From an uncultured virus (IMG/VR IMGVR_UViG_3300047678_000102) (lineage: Duplodnaviria; Heunggongvirae; Uroviricota; Caudoviricetes): 64,000 nucleotides of DNA. The stretch lies in the IMG/VR virus record IMGVR_UViG_3300047678_000102. One strand, given 5' to 3'. A model generated the notes under the pieces. It did no database searches. It was not told the origin of the DNA and saw only the letters and a program-made list of their open reading frames with translations. Positions 9,840-18,931 of this stretch are shown here, piece by piece. The first letter of the stretch is position 1, and every line of letters begins with the position of its first letter. The position numbers and the translations under genes are program-made.

Positions 9840-10663
9840 CTTAGTTCTTCTTGAGTCTTCACCAACGTCGGATTCCATTCCATCCACATATTTTTGAATA
9901 GTAGTTTTGTCGCCAATAACATTGAATGTCGATGAATGTGGGTCCCTGGTAGACCCTTTTCATTTAGCCAATCGGGATGTTTGATAATTGCAGCTTGTTT
10001 AACAGAATTATAATGGGTTCTATAGGGACCATCGCCATTTTGCTTAATTAGATTCTCTCCAATAATGAAGCTGACACTCCTCCTACGGGGAGAATATCCA
10101 AACTCTTCCCACTCTGCCGATTCCAACTCATGGTCTCTATAATATCTATTCTTCCAACTAGATCCCATATGAGTGACGCCATTACTTGTAAAAGGCACTA
10201 ACCCCATTCTCTTACAAACTTTACCTGGACAAGAATAGTTTGCCAAATCTCCGCACTCTCCAACCACCTTTGCCAAGGAATCTAATCCAAAACCCTTCTG
10301 CTCTTTTTCTTCCACCCAATCTGCAACTGAAAGTCGCTTAACTAAAGCCAGCATCTGCTTCTTGTAGTCTTTTTCTTTTACACTAAAAGCTTTGATACAT
10401 GTGTTTGTAATTAGAATCATTTCTTTAATTGGAAAGTCCATCTCGCCAGCCACAACCTTCTCAATAATTTCATCTGCTTCCTCAAACATTTCCTTACGCC
10501 TCTTCTCAGTGATCTTATCTGCTCTTACATCGTGATACCCCGTATGAGCAGTTACAGCTGCTCTCAGTCTATTTTCATTCATAATCCGGGTTTTGGTGTA
10601 CCAGTTCCTAAGTTTTTGATTCTCTTGTAGTTCCTTACAAACAGTTGTCTGATCCATTAACAA
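9809..10663 (-). CDS. Nop/IS110-C-terminal-like RNA-binding protein without RuvC or HNH; TIGR-associated TasA-like
   Basis: N-terminal coiled coil (LRNWYTKTRIMNENRLRA), then GFGLDSLAKVVGECGDLANYSCPGKVCKRMGLVP, GYSPRRRS, PYRTHY and HIHRHSMLLATKLLFKNMW; no DEDD/RuvC N-terminal domain; flanked by a guide-like array. Confidence 0.8.
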   Translation of the reverse strand: MLMDQTTVCKELQENQKLRNWYTKTRIMNENRLRAAVTAHTGYHDVRADKITEKRRKEMFEEADEIIEKVVAGEMDFPIKEMILITNTCIKAFSVKEKDYKKQMLALVKRLSVADWVEEKEQKGFGLDSLAKVVGECGDLANYSCPGKVCKRMGLVPFTSNGVTHMGSSWKNRYYRDHELESAEWEEFGYSPRRRSVSFIIGENLIKQNGDGPYRTHYNSVKQAAIIKHPDWLNEKGLPGTHIHRHSMLLATKLLFKNMWMEWNPTLVKTQEELREMVGAGSDL

Positions 10664-10691
10664 AGCTCCTTTTCGGTTACAGGGATGGATG

Positions 10692-11307
10692 AAATGGGTG
10701 GTGGTACAATTACGTACTTGGTTTTACAGCTTGACTCATACCACCACCCATTTATTAAATAGTCTAGGGATGGTTATTATGGTTGGTCCCATTTTTAAAC
10801 GGCTTCCTATATACTATCCTTAGACTAAAGTTTGTGTGGGGATGTTAAAGCTCAAGCTTCGGTTTTAGTGGCTGTCTCAAACATCACCACATGTTTAAAA
10901 TGTATAGGGTGAGATATCGGACCGATCATCTTAGAAGTCATCTTTTCACTCACCCTATACAAAGTTTAGTGGTGGTAAGATATATTCGCTCTCTAGTTTT
11001 ACACATCCTCGTTTAATTCCTACCACCACGTTTATGTATTGGTGTTTTAAATGGCTAGATTATGGGCGGACTTCTTGTATTAAATACACCAATATGATTC
11101 AAGTTAGAAGATAAAGCCGAATCTCAGGTTTTATCACCCAAATCATCTTTCTAACTTGTAAGAATAAAATGGGTTGGGGATGCTAACAGCCTTGCTCTAT
11201 ACAATGTCGGATATCTGCTATCCCCAACCCATTTTAAGATTGTTAGGTATAGATGATACATGGGCATCTTCAGATTTAACAGCTGTAATCGTATCATCTA
11301 CACCTAA
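10692..11307 (-). ncRNA. Array of nine tandem stem-loops with bipartite 9-nt variable segments (TIGR-like stem-loop guide array)
   Basis: Hairpins at 10692-10753, 10760-10827, 10835-10891, 10901-10961, 10969-11029, 11037-11094, 11100-11158, 11165-11236 and 11243-11307; stems about 12-17 bp, each different; loops about 29-38 nt, most with a central TAAAAC-like motif. Confidence 0.85.
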
Positions 11308-11309
11308 TT

Positions 11310-11870
11310 TTAAACACCAGATACAACAAGATTATTATCTTCTGCATACTTGGTTAATTCTTTAGCCGAAACTGCGTACCTAACCATTTTATCATCTGGA
11401 ACAAGTGGTTGCAAGTACGTAAGGATCTTGGTGTTTCTTGCATAATGGTTTTTGTGTCCTTGGAAAACCTTCTCTTCCATCTCAATCAATCCTTCAATTT
11501 CTCTACCATAGACATCCCCAAGACACTTTCCTGCGATAAACCATTCGTCAAACAGTTGTTTCCTAGCAACTGCATTTACAGTAGTGCCTTTGCCAGGAAT
11601 AACTTTAGCGGTACCAGTGTTTTGATTAACTTTCTTTGGTTTGGTTAGAATAGAACTACCTTGTTGTACCGCTTTAGTTGATTGCATTCTTGTGGTTTGA
11701 ACCAAATTTGAAATGGCATCACAAATTAAAGTACTTACAAACTGCATGTAGTTTGGCAGCTTCTTGATTTTTACTTCTGCTTCATGAATGGATGCTGGCA
11801 CATCTGAGGGGTGGTTTTTAATTGCATTTCTAACAATTTCAACCACTTCATCTGGATACTTAAACAACAT
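11310..11870 (-). CDS. Hypothetical protein embedded in the stem-loop/Nop locus (candidate accessory factor)
   Basis: 186-aa ORF between a lone upstream unit and the nine-unit array; C-terminal GKCLGDVYGREIE...LVPDDKMVR block. Confidence 0.7.
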   Translation of the reverse strand: MLFKYPDEVVEIVRNAIKNHPSDVPASIHEAEVKIKKLPNYMQFVSTLICDAISNLVQTTRMQSTKAVQQGSSILTKPKKVNQNTGTAKVIPGKGTTVNAVARKQLFDEWFIAGKCLGDVYGREIEGLIEMEEKVFQGHKNHYARNTKILTYLQPLVPDDKMVRYAVSAKELTKYAEDNNLVVSGV

Positions 11871-11896
11871 GAACAGTTACCCCCAGTTAAAGAAAA

Positions 11897-11959
11897 GTTG
11901 TTGGGTTGCTTTAGAGCTGTCTGTCGTTTTACACAGCCTCAATCTATCAACCCACCAAC
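11897..11959 (-). ncRNA. Single upstream stem-loop dual-guide unit
   Basis: Stem gttgttgggttg/caacccaccaac; loop (rc) AGA-TTGAGGCTG-TGTAAAAC-GA-CAGACAGCT-CT. Confidence 0.7.
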
Positions 11960-12004
11960 CAAGTTCAAACATTGAATAAAAATTAGTTGGGATGGAACCA
12001 TTTC

Positions 12005-15000
12005 TTATTTGGTTGGGAAAAGATTGGGGAATCTATTTTTTAATTGTCCAGAATATTTTTGGAGGAGTCCTAACATCGCACGACATTCCGATTCAGTGTT
12101 TAGATTATGCCCAAGCCACCTCGAGATGTAGCTGTCCGGCTTGTTAAAGCCGATCCCATTAAGTTCAGACGCATAATCAGGATCGTTTGCTACCATCGCA
12201 TTAAAAGCATTTCTAATACTTTCAGTCAGTTCTGGAGTAAGAGGTTGCTCAATCCATTTACCAATCTTACTCTTGAACTTCTCTGCGATTTGCTCAACCT
12301 TAGTTCTAACTTCTTTAGTTGAATTCTCCTTTTCAACTTTCTCTGCATCTTCTCTTGCCTTCTTAACCAATTCCATACGTTGAGCAAACTGCTCCGAAGT
12401 TTCACCTTGTAGAATATTATCGGCTGTATTGACTGGAATAATTGGTTTTACAAGTTTTTCTACACTGCCTTCAATCATCCTCATTTTCTTAAGAATGAGA
12501 TTGTTCACATGTTGATCCATAACATGTGAACTCATCATCGTAACAATTTCGATTTTGTCTGAAGTCTGACCAATACGGCAGATTCTATCATGGCATTGCA
12601 TATTACAGCTCGGCGTCCAATCCAAATCTACCATCAACATCTTCCAAGCACGTGTCAGATTAATACCGATACCACCTGCCTGGATGGTTAGTGCAACACC
12701 CTTCAACTTTCCTGATTGGAACTGTTCTTGAATCTGAGTTCGCATTTCTGGGGGAGTGCTACCAGTAATAGCAGCCCACCCTTCCCTACCTCCTACTTCG
12801 TCGATGCAGTGTCGGTGAGCACTAGCTACTACAAGGGGCGTATTTTGCTCTTCACAGTCTTCCACGTACTCTAGCACGTCCGCAAGACGAGATGCCGCCA
12901 GTTCTGCTCGAATAGCCGAGAACTGTTCGAAAGGTGGCAATTCTCCAGTAGTGTCAACATAATCTCCCCACTCTGCTTCAAGATCATCCAACTTCTTCTT
13001 GAGAGAATCAGGAATATTGTTGACCGTGATAGTAGTATACGTCTTCCTAGGAAGATCAGGAAGAACCTCTTCTCGCTTTCTTCGTAGCATCACCCTTCGC
13101 AGTAGTTCGGGAACTTCTGGTGATGGGTCGCCCCAGATAATACCAAAACGTCCCTTTTCCGCATTGAACAACCGCATGAACTTACCCCAATGGCCAAACG
13201 TCATTTCGGCCATGTTGATCGAGTCCAACATGTTATAGAGTTGTTCAGCGTGGTTTAGAACTGGTGTTCCCGTAAGGCCCGTAACTGCCTTACACAATCC
13301 TGACAACACCCTTACCTTACGAGATCTTTGGGACGTACGATTACTGCATCGGTGAATCTCATCACCAATGAAGTGAGTTTGTGCCAACACCAATCTGAGG
13401 GGCTCTGGAACTTTCGCAACACCTCTGGTTTTTGAATTGGTTCCTTTATTCTTACAAGCATAACAACCACTTCTGTTGCATTTCCAACAGAAGTAATCAT
13501 CGCCAATTAGATAGATATTACCATTTTCAAGGAAGAGATTCTTTCCTCCCTTAGCTTCTGGAAGATTTTCATATTCAGAGATCTTTCCGCCACCCAAAAG
13601 AATCTTATCTTGAGGTAGGAAATAATCTGGAATAGATTCGTAATTGGTGATTACGATCTCTCTTTGATTTGGCCCGCGAAAAGAATCCTTGCCTTTAACA
13701 ACTGTTGCGGTGAATTCTGGCGTCCACTTAGCAATTTCATTCCTCCAGTTGTACATTACAACTGCTGGGCAAATCACCAATGCTCGACCATTTTGAGGAA
13801 GGGCACAAAGCGCTTGTACAGTCTTGCCACAATTATGAACTACAATACCATTAGCAACAAAGTTACGATAAGGGTCTTTACAAACAATATCATAAACATG
13901 TGCAGTGCCATCTAATTCTATAGATTTAACATAATCAATTTTGGGAACAAAACATATTTGTCCGCCTTTACCGCCAATTCCTCCCTGTATGTTCTTATAT
14001 CCCCCAGCTTTTCCATGAAGGATCATATGCTTAGATTTACTAAGAACTTCTAGGTTCTCTAATCTGTTATCGTCTTTAATCCTATTTTTGTGATGTACTT
14101 CTTCATCGTCTGTTAAATACCTACCTAAAGATTCTTCCATTACCAATATATGTTCACCAATTCCCCACTGTGAAAACTTGGGATGTTTTCTTGCTTTTCC
14201 AGAACGGACCATAACATAACCGTCTTTATCAGTATATTTTCCACCTTTAAAATTGCCAACTTTCCGTTTGGTTTCATACATACACTGTTTACAATAACCT
14301 GGAAATTTTGCAAATTCATAGCTGATCACCTGTTTAAATTCACCACATCCCTTACAAACAGCTTGTCCATTAGTTAGAACTATATCACCAATTGCAAGCC
14401 TATCTGCTCTAACCCATTCTTTAGTCAGTCTATCTTCTCCCAACGAACAAATTTCATGATCTGAAGTAAGTCTGATTGATTTTCCAGATTCCAAAATCAC
14501 TTTTAGAACTGGTTTTACACCTTTATCCAATACCCTTTCGATTTCCTGAAGACGAAACTCCTCTCCACACAATGCCCGGACACGAGTTGGTATGTTTGGG
14601 TCCCAATATTTGCCGCCAGTTATTCTTCCACCATTAAATTTATGGTAAAGGTCTTTCAACTTTATTTTGAATCCCTTTCCACCAATTCCAGCCCCTCTGT
14701 TTACATTAATAATTGCTTCGCCGTCAATACATCCCATGTCATCGCCCAGGAGACGATGGGTACCAGAAGCTAGGAATCTGACTCCTTGAACCTGGAACGG
14801 GTATAGGTTCTTATTGAGAGCTACTTCTTCTTGTTGAGTCTTAGCTACGGTTCTGAGTTCTGGAGCAACTTCAAGAGCCAACTTGTCCGCAATCTCCAGA
14901 ACACGGATACGGTCATGGGGTGAGGTAGATACAGTAGTGAACCAGGAACCATCTGGCTTCTTTACATTACTATACCCTGGAAACGAACGAAGCAATGGCA

Positions 15001-15235
15001 TATTGGCAGCTTCGTAGGGCATAATAACTTGCCCTTCAGCAGTCAACTTACGAGGAGAGTTTCTAACCTTGGGATTGTCAATCAGTTCAGGACAACAGGT
15101 GGAACAATATGAGACCCACCTGTTGTTTTGACGAACTGCATAGCCAACTCCGGGTTGAAGTCCACCATATCGGTTTCTCTTCTCCGGGCAAACCGGGTTA
15201 TTGCATCTTCCAACGAACCTATTTGGGATGGCCAT
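12005..15235 (-). CDS. SNF2/SWI2-family helicase (HARP/SMARCAL1-like) interrupted by an intein
   Basis: LYPFQ Q-motif; DDMG|intein|CGKT Walker A; DEIH; LTGTP; GGIGINLT; DRICRIGQ. Confidence 0.9.
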   Translation of the reverse strand: MAIPNRFVGRCNNPVCPEKRNRYGGLQPGVGYAVRQNNRWVSYCSTCCPELIDNPKVRNSPRKLTAEGQVIMPYEAANMPLLRSFPGYSNVKKPDGSWFTTVSTSPHDRIRVLEIADKLALEVAPELRTVAKTQQEEVALNKNLYPFQVQGVRFLASGTHRLLGDDMGCIDGEAIINVNRGAGIGGKGFKIKLKDLYHKFNGGRITGGKYWDPNIPTRVRALCGEEFRLQEIERVLDKGVKPVLKVILESGKSIRLTSDHEICSLGEDRLTKEWVRADRLAIGDIVLTNGQAVCKGCGEFKQVISYEFAKFPGYCKQCMYETKRKVGNFKGGKYTDKDGYVMVRSGKARKHPKFSQWGIGEHILVMEESLGRYLTDDEEVHHKNRIKDDNRLENLEVLSKSKHMILHGKAGGYKNIQGGIGGKGGQICFVPKIDYVKSIELDGTAHVYDIVCKDPYRNFVANGIVVHNCGKTVQALCALPQNGRALVICPAVVMYNWRNEIAKWTPEFTATVVKGKDSFRGPNQREIVITNYESIPDYFLPQDKILLGGGKISEYENLPEAKGGKNLFLENGNIYLIGDDYFCWKCNRSGCYACKNKGTNSKTRGVAKVPEPLRLVLAQTHFIGDEIHRCSNRTSQRSRKVRVLSGLCKAVTGLTGTPVLNHAEQLYNMLDSINMAEMTFGHWGKFMRLFNAEKGRFGIIWGDPSPEVPELLRRVMLRRKREEVLPDLPRKTYTTITVNNIPDSLKKKLDDLEAEWGDYVDTTGELPPFEQFSAIRAELAASRLADVLEYVEDCEEQNTPLVVASAHRHCIDEVGGREGWAAITGSTPPEMRTQIQEQFQSGKLKGVALTIQAGGIGINLTRAWKMLMVDLDWTPSCNMQCHDRICRIGQTSDKIEIVTMMSSHVMDQHVNNLILKKMRMIEGSVEKLVKPIIPVNTADNILQGETSEQFAQRMELVKKAREDAEKVEKENSTKEVRTKVEQIAEKFKSKIGKWIEQPLTPELTESIRNAFNAMVANDPDYASELNGIGFNKPDSYISRWLGHNLNTESECRAMLGLLQKYSGQLKNRFPNLFPTK
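13832..14731 (-). mobile_element. Intein (300 aa) carrying an HNH homing endonuclease
   Basis: Starts CIDGEA, block B LTSDH, HNH EHILVME...VHHKNRIKDDNRLENL, ends VYDI...NFVANGIVVHN followed by Cys. Confidence 0.9.
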
Positions 15236-15284
15236 TTTTGATCTCCTTACAACAACCCTTACTTAAACTTCCCCGGCCTAATAA

Positions 15285-15315
15285 TTTGACGGTTTAATCA
15301 TTGAGTAGGCTCTTG
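15285..15315 (-). promoter_or_regulatory. Phage promoter-like motif, copy 4 (upstream of the helicase and guide locus)
   Basis: rc: caagagccta ctcaatgattaaac cgtcaaa. Confidence 0.7.
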
Positions 15316-15343
15316 ACTTTTTAATTTAACACTATATAAACCA

Positions 15344-16068
15344 TTACGGTTTCTTCTCATGCAATGGGTTCCAGAAGTGTTCACACTCCTCACATTCATG
15401 AATCTCTGGATGAGATGGATTTAGAATGTAGAACTTATTGTGGTCGCACTTTGGGCATTTCCCATCGTAGGTGATAAGACCAGGATACTTAACTTTCTTC
15501 TTTTCGGGTAACTTCTTGTTACTGTTCATTCGTCTTCCTCCTTGGGAAAATCTTTGATTAGATCAACAACTCTCACACCAATCAATGTTGCAGGCGTTTT
15601 GTCTGGATACCTATGGGTCCAGAATGTTAGTTGAAGATAGGTATTCTTATCCTCACCATTATACTTCCATACACAAGGTTCTTTATACTTTCTTGATGTA
15701 CCGCCTACATCATCTGGCGGTCCGAGTAACTCTTGAATCTGAGCTTTCGTCATCTCAAGTTCGATTTTAGTTGGCTCATCCATCGTGAAAAACCCTCTGA
15801 AAAACGGCCTATTATAATAAGGCTAAATTCACAAAAAACGCCTTTGTTAACCGTTATTTTTCATTTCGTTCATTTCCATTAGGATCACGTTTTTAGCACA
15901 CAGAATGCTAGTCATCAATCCCATAGTGCAAATATAGATGATAAGTCTCAGTAACTCTCCTTCTTTTGGCCCAACCAAATCAACAGCCATCGAAGCACCC
16001 AACATTACAACAAGAAGGACTAATTGTCCTGTCGCATAAAATTTGTAACTGTTAAAGAATTTCGACAT
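15344..16068 (-). other. Three small hypothetical ORFs (15344-15529 Zn-ribbon, 15526-15783, 15847-16068 two TM)
   Basis: CPKC...CEEC; MTKAQIQELLGPPD SmpA-like motif; hydrophobic helices. Confidence 0.55.
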
Positions 16069-16111
16069 TCCAACCCCAACAAGAAGTGTGTGCTCTCCGC
16101 GCCGCTAATAA

Positions 16112-16142
16112 TTTGACGGGGAAAACAGTGTTAAGGCTCCTG
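16112..16142 (-). promoter_or_regulatory. Phage promoter-like motif, copy 5 (leftward member of divergent pair)
   Basis: rc: caggagcctt aacactgttttccc cgtcaaa. Confidence 0.65.
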
Positions 16143-16170
16143 GTTTTATTATCGCTAAGGTAAATGTATT

Positions 16171-16201
16171 CAAGAGCCCTGAGAATGACTAACCCGTCAA
16201 A
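16171..16201 (+). promoter_or_regulatory. Phage promoter-like motif, copy 6 (rightward member of divergent pair)
   Basis: caagagccct gagaatgactaacc cgtcaaa. Confidence 0.75.
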
Positions 16202-16238
16202 CCTCTAACGGAAAAGGTGATAATAAAGGAGGAAACGA

Positions 16239-16505
16239 GTGCTAGAACTTTGGAACGCTAAGTATACAATGGAGTTAGGTAGCGGTAGAGACACGTGGCG
16301 TTTAAAGGGATATTGCCCAAATCATCCGAGGTTGGAACCTGGGGAATTGATGCCGTCTACTCCGGTTTCATTTGATGAAGAAAATGAAACTTTTACTACT
16401 CTTAGTGGTAGTACGTATAAGATCGTTAGTTACGATGGAAAGAAAGAAGAAGTTATTGAACAGATAAAGAAAGACATTTCTAATGGCGGTTATGAGAAAC
16501 ACTAA
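16239..16505 (+). CDS. Hypothetical phage protein
   Basis: GTG start with AAGGAGG RBS. Confidence 0.7.
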   Translation: MLELWNAKYTMELGSGRDTWRLKGYCPNHPRLEPGELMPSTPVSFDEENETFTTLSGSTYKIVSYDGKKEEVIEQIKKDISNGGYEKH

Positions 16506-16526
16506 TATGAATTTGAAAGCACTTTA

Positions 16527-17135
16527 ATGACAGACATAGAATACTTTCGAGCAACCTACGGATTAAGGGAAGAAGATGTTCTCTTAATCCCTTACGGTTC
16601 TAGGGTATATGGAACCCACAAAGATAACTCAGATCATGATTTCATTGGTATTGTACCAGCTAATAGAATGGCAGATACTGGCACTGAATACCGTTGGAAT
16701 TCTCTGAATGTTCATATCTACAATAGATATGATTTCCAGAATCAACTTCTCAGACACAAGATTCAGACTTTAGAAGCATATTTTCTTCCTGAGAGTCAAG
16801 TATCAACTCAATTCAAATTTGAATTAGATTTGGTAAAACTTAGATGTGAACTCTCTGAAAAGTCATCACATAGTTTTGTGAAAGCTAAAAAGAAGATTGA
16901 TAAGGAAAAAGATTTCTATGTAGGATGGAAGTCTTTGTTCCACTCAATGAGGATTCTGATTTTTGGTACTCAGATAGCGTCTAAAGGTAAGATTTATGAT
17001 TACAGCGCCGCAAATTACCTTTGGGATGAAATAATACAAGCACAACAGTATTCATGGGATTATTTTAAGACTAGATATCAACCAATATATAATAATCTTG
17101 CCACTGAGTTCAGGAAATTAGCTCCAAAAGAGTAA
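16527..17135 (+). CDS. Pol-beta-superfamily nucleotidyltransferase
   Basis: YGSRVYGT...SDHDF motif; helical C-terminal domain KSLFHSMRIL. Confidence 0.8.
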   Translation: MTDIEYFRATYGLREEDVLLIPYGSRVYGTHKDNSDHDFIGIVPANRMADTGTEYRWNSLNVHIYNRYDFQNQLLRHKIQTLEAYFLPESQVSTQFKFELDLVKLRCELSEKSSHSFVKAKKKIDKEKDFYVGWKSLFHSMRILIFGTQIASKGKIYDYSAANYLWDEIIQAQQYSWDYFKTRYQPIYNNLATEFRKLAPKE

Positions 17136-17140
17136 TTTCA

Positions 17141-17641
17141 ATGAAGACAAAAAACACTGAACACAAACGTAGAATCTGGAGGAAATTGTATGGACTTCCA
17201 CAAGGATTTGGAAAATCGAAAGGAAATTGTTATTGGTGTAAAGATCCGTTGTCATTTGAAGTCGCTACAGTAGATCATGTGGTGCCGCTAGGGTTAAATG
17301 GAAGACATCATGAGACTAATATGGTTATATCATGTTACGATTGTAACATTGATAGATGTTCTCTACAAAATCTAGCGCTATCCGTAGTACTGTGGGAGAA
17401 AAGCGGAGATAGTAAATATGAGAAATCAATACGGAGGCTTTCGCAAAGGTACTGGGATGTACTTTCTGAGTGGAAAGAAATGTTCAACGTGTTATTAAAC
17501 TTGACAAGAGAAAAGCATAAAAATTCTGTAATTGATGATATGTTACATAAAAAGCATAACAACCCTTATCAAATTGAAAAATTGCGATATGATTTTGTAC
17601 TAGGAAAACCTATCATTTTCTATCCAGAGGAGAACTACTAA
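17141..17641 (+). CDS. HNH endonuclease
   Basis: CYWC...ATVDHVVP...N...SCYDCN. Confidence 0.8.
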   Translation: MKTKNTEHKRRIWRKLYGLPQGFGKSKGNCYWCKDPLSFEVATVDHVVPLGLNGRHHETNMVISCYDCNIDRCSLQNLALSVVLWEKSGDSKYEKSIRRLSQRYWDVLSEWKEMFNVLLNLTREKHKNSVIDDMLHKKHNNPYQIEKLRYDFVLGKPIIFYPEENY

Positions 17642-17660
17642 CAAAGAAAGAGGAAGTACA

Positions 17661-18848
17661 ATGAAGACTAACGTCAAATTTTGCAATCTGCGGTATGCTC
17701 TAAAAATGGCAGAAAGTTTAGGAGCGTCTAAAACACTTTCTACCAAAGACGGAATTCATAAATGGACTAATGGCAAACAGGATATCTTGTTTGTTCCAGA
17801 TCATGTTTATACCAAGTCTGGAACACTTACGATTTCTGTGGTTAAGTAAGGGGTGTTGCAATGAAGAAAAAAGATTTAGATGAGATCCTTAATTACGATC
17901 CTTTGGCAGAAGCAGAGAAGCTCACTGGTAAATCTTACAAAGAAGACAAAAGGACTATGTCTTTAGGATTTATTGAACATATTCGACACACTGCAGATAA
18001 AAGAAAGACCTTGCATAATCTTGACGATACTTCTTATTCGGAAGATATCGAACGTTGGACCAGAATCACCAAGGATCTTGGGTTTGAAGAAGTTCTTCAT
18101 GCCCCTTTTGAAGGAACCAAATATAGAGAAGATCAAGATGCTCCAAAAGAATATCTTTCTATTTGTTGGCATCCTTGTGGAATTTTGATGAAATGGGATA
18201 CATACAGAGGCAATAGAAACTCTGCTAGTATTTATTTCAACTGGACTGCTAACGATCAAAGTAAACCGTGGGGTCCAGATCTACCTATTAGTGGGGGTAT
18301 GGTAAATCCTCCAGAAGGAAAAGAAGATATATGCACTCTGTGTGCACATATTGATATCCGTGAAGCATTTCGGCACACTATGAAAAAACTGTTTCATTAT
18401 GGTAAGTTTGAAACACCATGGATTGAACAACCCCATCTCTGGTTACTACATCATGAAGACGAACAAAAGATTGAAAAAGATTCTGGTGGAGATTGGAAAG
18501 TAAGTAGTGAAATGTATAAAAACGTGAATCTAGAACGTATATCTCAACTTCCAGAACATGTTAGAAATGTGATTTGTCCTAACATGAAAGAGAATGTAAA
18601 TGAGTAGATTACAAAAATGGGACGCGATTTTAGGTGGAAAGGTTGGGTTATTTGATGTGGTGTTAAACCTACATGGAATGTATTGTGGTTCCGGTGAAGA
18701 GTTTAGTTATGAAGAAGAAGCAAAGATGAGATTAGCTCTACAACAACGGTTGGAAAATTGGAGTCCTTCTACGTATTGTTCAGAAAAGTTTGATGATATT
18801 GTTAAATCTTTGGTGGTGTGTGTTCTTAATGAACGTGAAGATGGGTGA
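17661..18848 (+). other. Three hypothetical ORFs (17661-17849, 17861-18607, 18600-18848)
   Basis: Co-oriented, abutting or overlapping starts and stops. Confidence 0.6.
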
Positions 18849-18860
18849 ACAGTTTTATAA

Positions 18861-18891
18861 CAAGAGCCCTCTCAATACCTAAACCGTCAAA
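18861..18891 (+). promoter_or_regulatory. Phage promoter-like motif, copy 7
   Basis: caagagccct ctcaatacctaaac cgtcaaa. Confidence 0.75.
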
Positions 18892-18931
18892 TAAGTTAGG
18901 AAAGTCGCCCGGTTTTCAAAGGAGTCAAGTT

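Noticed and set aside
9809..10663. Active IS110 transposase
   Set aside because: It lacks the N-terminal DEDD RuvC-like domain; only the coiled coil and Nop-like part are present.
10692..11307. CRISPR array or a run of rho-independent terminators
   Set aside because: There is no repeated direct-repeat sequence and no cas gene. The loops are 29-38 nt with internal conserved motifs, unlike terminator hairpins.
11174..11365. Plus-strand 63-aa ORF over the array
   Set aside because: It is antisense to the locus and overlaps structured units; spurious.
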